Source: Chloroflexota bacterium (GTDB lineage Bacteria > Chloroflexota > Dehalococcoidia > GIF9 > AB-539-J10). Taken from it: 43,136 nucleotides of DNA. A program made the translations under genes and the position numbers. The DNA is taken from the NCBI GenBank assembly GCA_030611015.1, contig JAUWQP010000002.1, positions 1 through 43,136 of the forward strand. The letters run 5' to 3'. The notes below the pieces were generated by a model. That model did no database searches and was not told the DNA's origin. It saw only the letters and a program-made list of their open reading frames with translations. Of this stretch, positions 1 through 8,546 are shown one piece after another. How positions within the stretch are numbered: position 1 is the first letter of the stretch; each line of letters begins with the position of its first letter.

Positions 1-14
1 AAACTTCTTCATCA

Positions 15-326
15 TCATGAATCATCTTCAGGCTTATATGCTTGAGCAGCACAATCGAACTCCTCAAGCCTCTCCCTCAATGATTCCTCCACTTCACCTT
101 TTATATTATCAAGCTTTTCACAAAGTGTCAAGGGCAAAACTTCAGCTTCATGAGCAATTTGGTTCAGCTCACCCACGAACTTGGTATAGCCCTTGGCACC
201 CAGCTCATCGCGGTACCACTGGAGCACTGGACCTAAAAGGCACTCCCGGCAGATGCCTCTCGGGTCTTCCTCCTGAACCCACGTCGTCATAGGTTTCAGT
301 TCTACAGGGCACTTTTTCTCAGTCAT
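15..326 (-). CDS. hypothetical protein (103 aa)
   Basis: Open ORF. ATGA start/stop overlap with the upstream ORF (323-326) is typical of operon packing. No recognisable motif. Confidence 0.55.
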   Translation of the reverse strand: MTEKKCPVELKPMTTWVQEEDPRGICRECLLGPVLQWYRDELGAKGYTKFVGELNQIAHEAEVLPLTLCEKLDNIKGEVEESLRERLEEFDCAAQAYKPEDDS

Positions 327-550
327 TGTTTCCCCCCGCTTTTTGACACTTCTGCGGCTATAATCTGTAGTGCTGCGTCATTCGGCATGGAGCCGTAATT
401 GAGAAACTTATCAAGAGAGTTGGTTATAACGGGGCTGGGCTCCTTGGCGCCAAAGGCTTCAGCTAGTTTCTGGGCTGCTGCCTCCCGATTCCCCTGGTTG
501 TAGCTCTCCAAGGCTTCCAGGTACAGCCTCAGCGGCTTCGATGTCGGCAT
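323..550 (-). CDS. hypothetical small helical protein (75 aa)
   Basis: ORF 323..556 trimmed to the ATG at 550, which has AGAGGTGA about 7 nt upstream. Helical, Ala/Leu-rich composition. Confidence 0.5.
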   Translation of the reverse strand: MPTSKPLRLYLEALESYNQGNREAAAQKLAEAFGAKEPSPVITNSLDKFLNYGSMPNDAALQIIAAEVSKSGGKQ

Positions 551-857
551 GCTCAATCACCTCTGTTTCTACGACCGGATGAGCTCTGGCACTGACCTCT
601 CTCTCCTCCAGGAACTTTGGCAGACTCTCCGCAGCTTCAAGTTCGCCCAATTTAATCTCGGTCGCTCCATACCCCTGAGCCTTCAGATGGTCAATGTATT
701 CCTGGCAAATCGCATCGTCGCATGTGCATGTTTCACAGTATTTCTTTTCTTTTTCTTCAACACAGCTTGATATCAGGTTCCCGTCCCATAAGGTGAGTAG
801 GACTTTGCGTCCATCTTTCTCCAGCTCAACCAGCCGGCGGGCTTTGCTAATATCCAT
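459..857 (-). CDS. hypothetical protein with Cys cluster (CETCTCDDAIC)
   Basis: ORF 459..875 trimmed to the ATG at 857 preceded by GGGAGGTAAT. The 3' end overlaps the next gene by about 92 nt in another frame, so the true end is uncertain. Confidence 0.45.
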   Translation of the reverse strand: MDISKARRLVELEKDGRKVLLTLWDGNLISSCVEEKEKKYCETCTCDDAICQEYIDHLKAQGYGATEIKLGELEAAESLPKFLEEREVSARAHPVVETEVIEHADIEAAEAVPGSLGELQPGESGGSSPETS

Positions 858-871
858 ATTACCTCCCACAC

Positions 872-1171
872 TCACATTTTTAGACTCTGATACAAGGCAC
901 CTTCAAAATTTTGTATGGCCCAAAGCATTCCCTCTGCATTGGTTGCTCTATCTAAATCCCGTTTGACCTTCACTATTGGGCTACTTGGCGGAAGCTCACA
1001 AGTTGCTATAGCTGCCTCGAGACGTTTTCTAAGTTCAGTTTTCAGCGTCTCTATTTGGGCAAGAGAGGTATCGTCTAATCCAGCTTTACTGTAAAACCTA
1101 GTTAGGTCCTCAAATACAGCAAACGCTGCTAGGGTTTCAATTGTATTCAAAGCACATTTCTTGCATTCCAC
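872..1171 (-). CDS. hypothetical protein (99 aa)
   Basis: GTG start overlapping the upstream TAG (TAGTG). GGGGGAGGG Shine-Dalgarno (SD) about 6 nt upstream. Confidence 0.5.
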   Translation of the reverse strand: MECKKCALNTIETLAAFAVFEDLTRFYSKAGLDDTSLAQIETLKTELRKRLEAAIATCELPPSSPIVKVKRDLDRATNAEGMLWAIQNFEGALYQSLKM

Positions 1172-1833
1172 TAGTTCCCTCCCCCTTCTCTTTTTTTCTT
1201 CTCTATAAAGGAGCTGATGGTTTCGCTGAGCTCGTCACAGCCGGGGCAGTCCTTATCTCCTTTAAGTTCACCAAGCATGGACTGCACCTTCTTTCTGAAC
1301 TTGGAGGCGGTACCGCTCTCCTTGCGATAGGTTTCATTGTAGTCGCCACTCTGGACCTTCTCCGGGGTGTCGATTGCCTCAATGCCGGGTGCCCAATCTA
1401 CTATATCCTGGTAGATGGAAGTTTCCTTGTCCATCCTGGCGGCTATTGGAATGGTTTCCATAGCAAATGTGTGTGCTTGGAGAGCGTGCTTCCCACAACA
1501 ATCACAAGGAACGCCCATAATCTTACAGCCTTCGGAAAGGTGAATCTCAAGCTGGGTTAAGATGGCTACTAAGTGGCTTAGCTGGTAGAGGAGGGTATCC
1601 TTATCGCTGACACCCGTTGTAGGGCTTGATGTATGACTCTGTGGCGCAGTTCTAGGGGCTTTCTCGGTATCCTGAATAGTAGAGGTATTACCGCGGAGGT
1701 CTTCGGCAATAGAATGGATATTGTTACTAGCTTTCTCCAGTCGCTCACGACCCCCGCGGACTATTTCTCGCAGCGGCTCCAGGGGGGTTGTTAACTTAGG
1801 CAGCTTTGGTATTCTTGGCGGCATTCTCCTCAC
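1171..1833 (-). CDS. hypothetical Cys-rich protein (about 217-220 aa)
   Basis: Long ORF with CDCCG and CPGC motifs. The start is ambiguous (GTG 1833 or ATG 1824). Confidence 0.55.
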   Translation of the reverse strand: MRRMPPRIPKLPKLTTPLEPLREIVRGGRERLEKASNNIHSIAEDLRGNTSTIQDTEKAPRTAPQSHTSSPTTGVSDKDTLLYQLSHLVAILTQLEIHLSEGCKIMGVPCDCCGKHALQAHTFAMETIPIAARMDKETSIYQDIVDWAPGIEAIDTPEKVQSGDYNETYRKESGTASKFRKKVQSMLGELKGDKDCPGCDELSETISSFIEKKKREGGGN

Positions 1834-1867
1834 CTATAGTTAATTGTAACCCCGCTTCTGGGATGTG

Positions 1868-3109
1868 TCAACCCTGGGGAAAGAACATCCGCTGCCCGAG
1901 CTCCTCAATATCCTGGTCAGTTTTGATGGCTTTCTTCGTTCGCTGCTTTCTGGCTTCCCTCTCTTCGGCGCTTTTACCTGGGGGAAGTGCTGCCGAGCCG
2001 AGTGCTTCCTTAATATCCCTTCTCATCCCGGGAAGCTCTGTTTTGAGGAAATCCATGCCCCCAGTGGCAATTTCGTGAATGATGTCCATCTCAGTTCGGC
2101 CGGTACTTCCCTTCTGCAGGTCTGAGATTGTACCCAGCGTTTGCTTAAGAACATTGGATAGGTCCTGGATTTGCCTCTGCTGGCCGGCAAATTGTTCTCG
2201 ATATCTCTCCTCTTTCATCTCATTCAGGGATTGGCGCATTTCAGTCAGTGCTTCCTTCATTGCGCTGTCGCCCTCAGTCCCACCGGTGATCTTTCTTATC
2301 GCTTCAACAAAGGCAACTGGGTCTGTCATCCACGCGGGCTGAGCGCTGGCTCCAGCTCCAATGCCAAGCCCCTCTCGGAGAGTTTTCCAGGTTTCCGCGG
2401 CTCTGGTCATTGCCGTAATAGGGTCAACGGGTTCACCTTGCTGCTGTGCTTGTTGCATGAACTGAACGGCCATGAGCTCCACTCCAGAGACCCTGGCCTT
2501 GGGGTTTAGTATCCAGTGTCCTTCTCCATCCTGCATGAAGGGTGATTCGGTCCCTGCCTTTTCATCTTCTTCTGCCATTTTCTTTAACTCCTTTGCCTGG
2601 GCTAGTGTTCCTCCCCTCTCATCTTTCTTTGCCATTCGGACTTGGCGCGACTCAGGCTCATAGATGTACCTCACCTCAGCAGCTCCTTTTGGCTCCGCTT
2701 CTTCCTTCTGAATTTGCTCCGTTGTCATTCCTGCCTTTAGTTGGACCTCGGGGGAAATGGCTATACCCTTTTCGGCAAACCACTGCTCAATTATAAGCTT
2801 TCGTTTGGACGGGGTGATATCACTGCTCCAGGCAGTCATGCGTTTGAAGAGAAGATCAGGATCTTCAAAGACGCTGGGTCCACCAGTATGAGAGATATTC
2901 TCAGCGATATTGGCTGCCAGGTCACCTTTTATCTTGAACTTCCGGAGCAGAATGGCAAAGTCCTCCTCAACGATGGGGACTTCCCTGGCCGGGCCCTCGG
3001 TCTCCACAAATTCGGGATGTTTACTTCTGATATGGCTCTTTAACGCTGACGCTTTCTGAAACTCTTTTTCGCTATCCTCACATCCGGGTACAGGGCATTT
3101 TAACGCCAT
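1868..3109 (-). CDS. 413-aa protein with an N-terminal C2H2-like zinc finger and a long E/K/Q-rich helical region
   Basis: AAGGAGGTG SD upstream of the ATG at 3109. The N-terminus CPVPGC...HIRSKH has C-x4-C...H-x4-H spacing. The rest has charged coiled-coil-like composition. Confidence 0.65.
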   Translation of the reverse strand: MALKCPVPGCEDSEKEFQKASALKSHIRSKHPEFVETEGPAREVPIVEEDFAILLRKFKIKGDLAANIAENISHTGGPSVFEDPDLLFKRMTAWSSDITPSKRKLIIEQWFAEKGIAISPEVQLKAGMTTEQIQKEEAEPKGAAEVRYIYEPESRQVRMAKKDERGGTLAQAKELKKMAEEDEKAGTESPFMQDGEGHWILNPKARVSGVELMAVQFMQQAQQQGEPVDPITAMTRAAETWKTLREGLGIGAGASAQPAWMTDPVAFVEAIRKITGGTEGDSAMKEALTEMRQSLNEMKEERYREQFAGQQRQIQDLSNVLKQTLGTISDLQKGSTGRTEMDIIHEIATGGMDFLKTELPGMRRDIKEALGSAALPPGKSAEEREARKQRTKKAIKTDQDIEELGQRMFFPQG

Positions 3110-3202
3110 CTCAGCACCTCCTTATTTTATTGCAAGTTGGACCGGGCTCGCCAGCGACTCGCCAATTTTAGCTTCGTTGCGACTTGCACGGGGTAGTCCA
3201 TA

Positions 3203-3221
3203 GTAACCTCAACGAGGTTAC
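3203..3221. repeat. perfect 8-bp stem / 3-nt loop hairpin (GTAACCTC-aac-GAGGTTAC) in a 160-bp intergenic region
   Basis: Read directly. It lies between the stop of 3270..3509 and the start of 1868..3109. No U-tract follows. Confidence 0.5.
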
Positions 3222-3269
3222 TCGCTATACATACCAGACTCTTCCCATAAAACAAAGGCTTCTCACCGA

Positions 3270-3509
3270 TTATTGATAGCCAACGCGGGCAAGCCATTTT
3301 TGCTTTTGGATTTGTAGGCCGTAGCCTATAAAGAGATTCATCAGGTCAACTAGGTCGGGCTTGGTGATATCCCCCAGTTTGAAGGCGAGCTCAGCAGAAT
3401 CCTTGAGCATCTGCCTCATTTCAGCTGGGACTTTGATGTGAAGGTCATAGTCGGGCTTTTCAGCCAGCTCTAGAACCTCCGGTGTGGGAGTTTCTTTTTC
3501 TTGCACCAT
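3270..3509 (-). CDS. small protein (79 aa), possible DNA-binding/partition adaptor divergent from the ATPase gene
   Basis: ORF trimmed to the ATG at 3509 with a GAGGGGGG SD. It is divergently arranged with the P-loop ATPase gene. The function is a guess from position. Confidence 0.45.
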   Translation of the reverse strand: MVQEKETPTPEVLELAEKPDYDLHIKVPAEMRQMLKDSAELAFKLGDITKPDLVDLMNLFIGYGLQIQKQKWLARVGYQ

Positions 3510-3608
3510 AACACCCCCCTCTTTTAGAGTTACCGAAATTATAGCACCCTTTACGACAAACCACAAGAGGGGGGACTAGAAAAAAGCGACAAAGCCTCGG
3601 TGGGGGCA

Positions 3609-3637
3609 TTGACGGAGGGCTGACAACATGCTATTAT
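3609..3637 (+). promoter_or_regulatory. sigma70-like promoter TTGACG-17-TATTAT, 7 nt before the ATG at 3645 (leaderless arrangement)
   Basis: -35 at 3609-3614, 17-nt spacer, -10 at 3632-3637. There is no SD before the ATG. Confidence 0.55.
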
Positions 3638-3644
3638 AGGCAGA

Positions 3645-4526
3645 ATGAAGACGATAGCGGTGACCGCGTTGAAAGGGGGAGTGGGGAAAAGCTCTATAGT
3701 TGCTGGCTTAGGTTTAGCCCTCGTCAGCAAGGGCTATAAGGTTGGCTTCCTTGACCTGGATGTGACTGGCTCCAATCTCTATTCAGCACTTGGGCTTGCT
3801 CATTCACCGAAGTTCGGCCTTGATAGCGTGAATGAAAAGATAGTCGTGCCTGAGGTAGATGGTTACTGGCTTCTATCTATTGCTTCATATACCGGGGAGG
3901 ACTATGCCGTGCTGTGGGAGAGTGATCAGCACAAGGAGCTAAGCCAGATTAGGGACACCATGGAGACGGCTGACCTGAAAGCATTGAAAAAGCAGATTGA
4001 CGATATTCTGGCTTCCAGTAAATGGCGCTTTGTCGAAGAGTTACTTTCCCCAGATATAGTTACCTGGCCAGAGCCACTTGACTTTCTTATAGCTGATTTA
4101 CCCCCGAGTATTAGCCACGAGATGTTCTCCTTCTTTGACCAGGTCAAAGACCTCTTTGGTGTGTTTATCGTTTCCCAGCCATCAGCTATCTCAAACACCG
4201 GTTTACAGCGAACCATAGACTTATTGCGAGTCCAACAGATTCCTATCATCGGCTTGGTAGGTAATCAGGACGGCTTCCTCTGTAAGCACGGTGAGATAGA
4301 ATATCAATTCTTATCGCCCCGAGTTGACCTCAAAGAGATTGCCAGAAAAGCAGGGATACCCTTCCTGGCTTCAATACCTCAGACAGGAGACACCAATAAA
4401 ATAAAGCCCTATTTCTCGGAGCTAGCTGATAAAGTTGTCAGCTCGAAGCCGGTGGTCCTGAAAGATATCACCCTGGGCAAAAGACTTAAGAGGAAAATAG
4501 TAAAAGGAATAGCCAGGAGGCTGTAG
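3645..4526 (+). CDS. Mrp/NBP35/ApbC-like (ParA/MinD superfamily) P-loop ATPase
   Basis: Deviant Walker A ALKGGVGKSS near the N-terminus and a DLD Walker A' region. GLVGNQDGFLCKHGEIEYQFL aligns with the Mrp ENMS..C..C..F region, with CxxC degenerated to CKHG. Confidence 0.8.
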   Translation: MKTIAVTALKGGVGKSSIVAGLGLALVSKGYKVGFLDLDVTGSNLYSALGLAHSPKFGLDSVNEKIVVPEVDGYWLLSIASYTGEDYAVLWESDQHKELSQIRDTMETADLKALKKQIDDILASSKWRFVEELLSPDIVTWPEPLDFLIADLPPSISHEMFSFFDQVKDLFGVFIVSQPSAISNTGLQRTIDLLRVQQIPIIGLVGNQDGFLCKHGEIEYQFLSPRVDLKEIARKAGIPFLASIPQTGDTNKIKPYFSELADKVVSSKPVVLKDITLGKRLKRKIVKGIARRL

Positions 4527-4970
4527 ATGGCAGGATTGATTGAGCAAATGTTTCGCCGCTTTATGGCACGGCAGGCACACTTCTTTGATAGTCTATCCAA
4601 GGAGGCCAAAAGTAAGCTAGCTGAGGTCGAGAGCAAGTACGCTGAATTGCGAGTAACCGGTCCTGAAGGAGGCGTCCTATATTTTCAATACAAGGGGCAG
4701 CGTCTCCAAATACTTGACCAGGCTCCGCCAGTGCCCTATGAGAAACTGGATAAATTCTTAGTAGATGGTGATTTGGTGAACTATCCCAGTGGCGATGAGG
4801 TGCTCCTTGATGTTATTGATGGCAGCCTTTCCCCCAGGGCAGCAATCAGCAGGAAATACTTCCGGGCTAACACCGATAAGATAATATACGACACTGAAGA
4901 ATTCGCGCAAGCTTTCGAGCAGTTCCTCTCTGAGATGCGAATGATATTGGGAGGGCGAAGTGCTGGCTGA
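4527..4970 (+). CDS. hypothetical protein (147 aa), weak SCP2-like resemblance
   Basis: The ATG abuts the upstream TAG. IDGSLSPRAAISRKYFRANTDKII loosely recalls the C-terminal SCP2 lipid-carrier motif. The functional idea has low confidence. Confidence 0.5.
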   Translation: MAGLIEQMFRRFMARQAHFFDSLSKEAKSKLAEVESKYAELRVTGPEGGVLYFQYKGQRLQILDQAPPVPYEKLDKFLVDGDLVNYPSGDEVLLDVIDGSLSPRAAISRKYFRANTDKIIYDTEEFAQAFEQFLSEMRMILGGRSAG

Positions 4971-5604
4971 GGCGCCCTTTGCTCTCCTGATTGCCGGGGC
5001 AGCCCTATTAGGGCTATATCTGGCAAATATTTTTTATGACTACGACATTCCCCAGTACCTTTCTCGCAAATTAGGCCACTTAGGAGGGTGCGTCGGTTTC
5101 TTGTTATGCCCACTACTATTCAGCACTTTTTGGTGGCCACTAATCCTGACTACAGGATTCACTGCTCTACTCCTTTATGCCAGGTTCTTTAAACCAGATA
5201 CTTTTCGGGGAGTAGGCGGTTCTGGTAGGCCGCAGGCACTGGCTGAGATACACTTCCCGGCAACAGGAATTGTCCTCATTGGTATATGCTGGGGGTTATT
5301 AGATAAGCCTTGGCTAGCGATTGTTCCCCTTCTATATATGGGAGGAGGAGACGCAATAACTGGAATCATTCGAAGCAAGGTATATGGCAGAGAGGTCAAG
5401 GGTAACTGGGGTAGCCTGGGGATGCTTATCACCTGCCTAATTCTCGCCTACTTTGTCCAGCCTTATTGGATTGGTGTGGTTGGAGCTACTACTGCAGTGA
5501 TAGCCGAGAAATATACCAAAACAACAAAATACATAGACGACAACCTGACTATACCCCTAGCTAGTGCCATCGTGATGGTAGTTTTACACATTTACTTTGT
5601 TTAA
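4960..5604 (+). CDS. polytopic membrane protein, CTP-dependent polyprenol (dolichol/phytol) kinase / CdsA-CarS superfamily-like
   Basis: About 6 hydrophobic segments. GGGDAITGIIRSKVYG-x6-NWGSLG resembles the GD.A..G...G...W.GS signature of that superfamily. The GTG start overlaps the upstream stop. Confidence 0.6.
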   Translation: MLAEAPFALLIAGAALLGLYLANIFYDYDIPQYLSRKLGHLGGCVGFLLCPLLFSTFWWPLILTTGFTALLLYARFFKPDTFRGVGGSGRPQALAEIHFPATGIVLIGICWGLLDKPWLAIVPLLYMGGGDAITGIIRSKVYGREVKGNWGSLGMLITCLILAYFVQPYWIGVVGATTAVIAEKYTKTTKYIDDNLTIPLASAIVMVVLHIYFV

Positions 5605-5615
5605 GGAGGTCGAAA

Positions 5616-6548
5616 ATGAAAGCCAAACTTAAAGCACATCTCTGGACATCAGGAAGGTGGTTTGCCCTCCCCTTCTTTTGTGGGTCCGCCTTAATCGGCT
5701 CTTTACTCGCCGGTGGCACTCTTGGTGAACTCAATACTTGGCTTGGTTTCACAGCAGTAGCCCTATTTATGGCTTGTGGCCACTCCCAAAACAGTTACAT
5801 TGATTGGGCTTTTGGCCTTGATGAGCCTGAGGGAGGGGGTAGCGTTGAAAAAGGCTATACCGGGGGTTGTGGTATCCTCAAGATTCTCAGTGCTAAGGAG
5901 CTTATTCTAAACTTCGTTGGCTGGGGGGTCGCCGGCTTAATTGTATGTGCAGTAGTAGCCTCAAGAGTTACTCCCTATATCTTTATCCCTGCTGCTTTGG
6001 GGTTAGCAGTTCCCTACTTTTACACTAGAGGTAAGTTTTCCTGGTATCATGAGTTGGCACTGGCCTCTGGAGTGGTACTAGCTGGAATTACCGGTATGTT
6101 TGCTGTTAATCCTCACCCTGATTGGTGGCAGGCAATTATAGTAGTGTTGCCAGTAGCAGTTGTCCTCTCCTATCTCGGGCTGGCTTTTGATGAATACTTG
6201 GATGCGCATAGTAACCTCAAAAGGGGTGTTAAAAGCCTGGCCTATAAGGTGTGGCAGTACCACTTTGACCTTTCACTCTACATTCTCGCCTGGCTGGTTA
6301 TCATCTATGTCTTCCAAGTATTTCTAATAAATATTGGCTTGCTTAAGCCAATGACTATGTTGAGCCTGATTTGTTTCCCGCCCCTACTGGCCACTCTTGT
6401 CTTTCTAAAACCATACGCTGATTCTATCAGGGAAAATCCAACGGACAAAGCTGCTCAGGATGGGTTTAACCGCATCGGTAAGCTGTTTGTGCTGGTGGCA
6501 ATGTTTTATCCTGTGTTATTACTTGTAGGCCAAGCTGTAGGAGGCTAA
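5616..6548 (+). CDS. UbiA-superfamily prenyltransferase (divergent)
   Basis: 8-9 predicted TM helices. It has two Asp-rich motifs, QNSYIDWAFGLD (N-x3-D-x5-D) and FDEYLDAHSNLKRGVKSLA (D-x3-D...G.KS). GGAGG SD. Confidence 0.65.
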   Translation: MKAKLKAHLWTSGRWFALPFFCGSALIGSLLAGGTLGELNTWLGFTAVALFMACGHSQNSYIDWAFGLDEPEGGGSVEKGYTGGCGILKILSAKELILNFVGWGVAGLIVCAVVASRVTPYIFIPAALGLAVPYFYTRGKFSWYHELALASGVVLAGITGMFAVNPHPDWWQAIIVVLPVAVVLSYLGLAFDEYLDAHSNLKRGVKSLAYKVWQYHFDLSLYILAWLVIIYVFQVFLINIGLLKPMTMLSLICFPPLLATLVFLKPYADSIRENPTDKAAQDGFNRIGKLFVLVAMFYPVLLLVGQAVGG

Positions 6549-6549
6549 C

Positions 6550-7476
6550 ATGACGGTACTCGTAACTGGAGCATCAGGCTTTGTCGGTTCGGCTCTTATC
6601 CCTCTCTTGATAGAAAAGGGACATTGTGTGTTAGGGCTTTCGCGGCATCCCCCTATTGGCTCAAGAGACCTCATCCCCATCGTCGGTGATGTAATCGAGC
6701 CTAACCTCGGATTGAAGGATGTCCCCCAGGATATTGAGACTATCTATCACCTAGCAGGAATCCACGCTCTTAAACAGGAGGACAAGGACGGCTTGATATG
6801 GAAAACTAACGTGGATGGCACAAGGAATGTCCTCAAGTTCTGTCTTAAACACGATATCCCCAAGCTGATTTTTATTTCGACAGCCTACACCTGGCCGGTT
6901 AATCCCTATGGGTTAAGCAAAATCAGAAATGAGGAAGATATCCTTGCCTTTTGCGAGAAACACGGCCTCAAGGCAACCATCCTCAAGCCGTCAATAGTTA
7001 TGGGAACAGCTGAACATCCCTACCCAGGGCACTTCTCTCGGTTCATATCAGCGGTAATACAGACTCACCGCAGGGCGGAGCTTATCCGGAGAAAGATTGA
7101 GGGTTCACTGCGCCTGCCGGTAATCGAGCCTTTGTTTCGTATTAAGGGTAACCCGGAAGGTAAACTTAACCTCATTCAGATTGGCCAGGTGGCCTGGGGT
7201 ATAGCCAACATTGAGGAAGCCGGCACTTTCTGGCTGACCCACCCTGACCCCCCGACTCTGCAGCAACTAGCCGACTGGGTTGGCGAACTCATCATGGTCA
7301 GGATGAAGTTCGAGCCGGAGTTTAAGCCGACCCCCATTGAGGCAGCATTCCAGAAGATGACTGCTGCCTTTGCCCCTTATCTTCAGGGTGATAATTTCCC
7401 CAGCAACCTGCAGCTCTCCCCCCCAATCAACAAGAGCTTCATCCAGGAGACTGCCAAGAAAACTGTCCTTGACTAA
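6550..7476 (+). CDS. NAD(P)-dependent epimerase/dehydratase (extended SDR)
   Basis: N-terminal VTGASGFVGS Rossmann motif and the catalytic YGLSK (YxxxK). Starts 1 nt after the upstream stop. Confidence 0.85.
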   Translation: MTVLVTGASGFVGSALIPLLIEKGHCVLGLSRHPPIGSRDLIPIVGDVIEPNLGLKDVPQDIETIYHLAGIHALKQEDKDGLIWKTNVDGTRNVLKFCLKHDIPKLIFISTAYTWPVNPYGLSKIRNEEDILAFCEKHGLKATILKPSIVMGTAEHPYPGHFSRFISAVIQTHRRAELIRRKIEGSLRLPVIEPLFRIKGNPEGKLNLIQIGQVAWGIANIEEAGTFWLTHPDPPTLQQLADWVGELIMVRMKFEPEFKPTPIEAAFQKMTAAFAPYLQGDNFPSNLQLSPPINKSFIQETAKKTVLD

Positions 7477-7516
7477 ATTCCCTCTCGGGTTTAGAATTTT
7501 ATTAAGGAGGTACATC

Positions 7517-7819
7517 ATGGTGATGGAAAGGGTAGAAAAGGCGCTTGGCCTCCCCAAGCTCTCCGATCTTACCAAAACAATGGAGAAATTCCCCGACGAG
7601 AAGCAGCTCAAGGCAATCAAGCAGGTCCTTAGCATGGCCGAGCGAGTCTCTCAGAGTGCCCCAGAACTTGACCAGGTCGTCACGCTCATTAAAGAGATTA
7701 ACTCGATGCCTATTGAGAAGCTAGAAAAGTTGGAGAAGTTGCTAAAGCGCATCGAGGGGATAATGAAGAAGGCACCCGACGAGCTTGTGAGCTTCCTGAT
7801 GAGCTTGAAGGAGGAGTGA
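7517..7819 (+). CDS. hypothetical helical protein (100 aa)
   Basis: ORF 7370..7819 trimmed to the ATG at 7517 behind AAGGAGG. The longer version would overlap the SDR gene. Confidence 0.6.
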   Translation: MVMERVEKALGLPKLSDLTKTMEKFPDEKQLKAIKQVLSMAERVSQSAPELDQVVTLIKEINSMPIEKLEKLEKLLKRIEGIMKKAPDELVSFLMSLKEE

Positions 7820-7820
7820 G

Positions 7821-8027
7821 ATGCTTGACCCCGGGACGGGAGGCATTCTATTCGTTGTTGGAGGTATAGCGACTGTCGCAACCTTTACTCTCTTCAAGAC
7901 TGCCGAAGAAGCAGGCCCAAAGCTCACTATAGGTGATTTGAGACCTTGCTTACCATGGGAGGGGTTACCCCTGCCACGGTTCTTCTATACCAAGCCAGAA
8001 CTACTGGAGGAATTGAGAAGGAGGTAA
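7821..8027 (+). CDS. small membrane protein with C-terminal GLPLPRFF motif
   Basis: One hydrophobic helix (ILFVVGGIATVATFTLF). Starts 1 nt after the upstream stop. Carries the shared PLPR motif. Confidence 0.6.
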   Translation: MLDPGTGGILFVVGGIATVATFTLFKTAEEAGPKLTIGDLRPCLPWEGLPLPRFFYTKPELLEELRRR

Positions 8028-8033
8028 ATTATT

Positions 8034-8258
8034 ATGCCAGGACAAAATGGAATGGGTCCCAGAGGACAAGGACCAATGACAGGCCGAGGTCTAGGTTATT
8101 GTGTCCGACCAATACCCTTCATAAATCCGAACCCACAGGTAAATCCAAGTATGCCCTTGGTGTCACCAACACCATCTTATCCCTGCGGTCGCGGAAGAGG
8201 ATTACCACCGTGCGGTGGTGGGAGAGGATTTGGCAGAGGTTTTGGCCGGAGAAGATAG
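8034..8258 (+). CDS. DUF5320-like Gly/Arg-rich protein
   Basis: AAGGAGG SD. The N-terminus MPGQNGMGPRGQGPMTGRGLGYC and the GRGRG...GRGFGRGFGRRR tail match my recollection of the DUF5320 family. Preferred over the overlapping frame 7946..8266. Confidence 0.6.
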   Translation: MPGQNGMGPRGQGPMTGRGLGYCVRPIPFINPNPQVNPSMPLVSPTPSYPCGRGRGLPPCGGGRGFGRGFGRRR

Positions 8259-8283
8259 TAAACTGATAAAGGAGGAAATAATC

Positions 8284-8523
8284 ATGCCACTCGGTGTTCC
8301 CAGAACAGAAGCTGAAAGAGCCAAAAGACACGCAGAAATCTATGGTGAGGGCGAGCTGCCCCCAGCAGCCAGAAAGATGCTTGGGCCGGTAATGGAGACA
8401 CTCCCGGAGATAATCTTCGCAAATTTACCAGCCCCACCTATTGGACCTGATGGCAAGTTCCAGCTGCCACTACCTCGCTGGCTAATAGTCAAAATGAGAG
8501 GCGCTGGCCGACGCTTAAGCTAA
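8284..8523 (+). CDS. small protein with C-terminal QLPLPRWL motif
   Basis: ATG at 8284 behind AAAGGAGG. Carries the shared PLPR motif near the C-terminus. Confidence 0.55.
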   Translation: MPLGVPRTEAERAKRHAEIYGEGELPPAARKMLGPVMETLPEIIFANLPAPPIGPDGKFQLPLPRWLIVKMRGAGRRLS

Positions 8524-8546
8524 TATGAGACGCTAGGAGGAGATAA

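Noticed and set aside
1868-3109. Tape-measure or scaffold protein call for the 413-aa helical protein
   Set aside because: It is too short for a tape measure and lies on the opposite strand from the structural-like block. There is no supporting motif. It is left as a zinc-finger/coiled-coil protein of unknown function.
7946-8266. 106-aa alternative frame overlapping the DUF5320-like gene
   Set aside because: It has no SD. The 8034..8258 frame has a strong SD and a recognisable family-like sequence.
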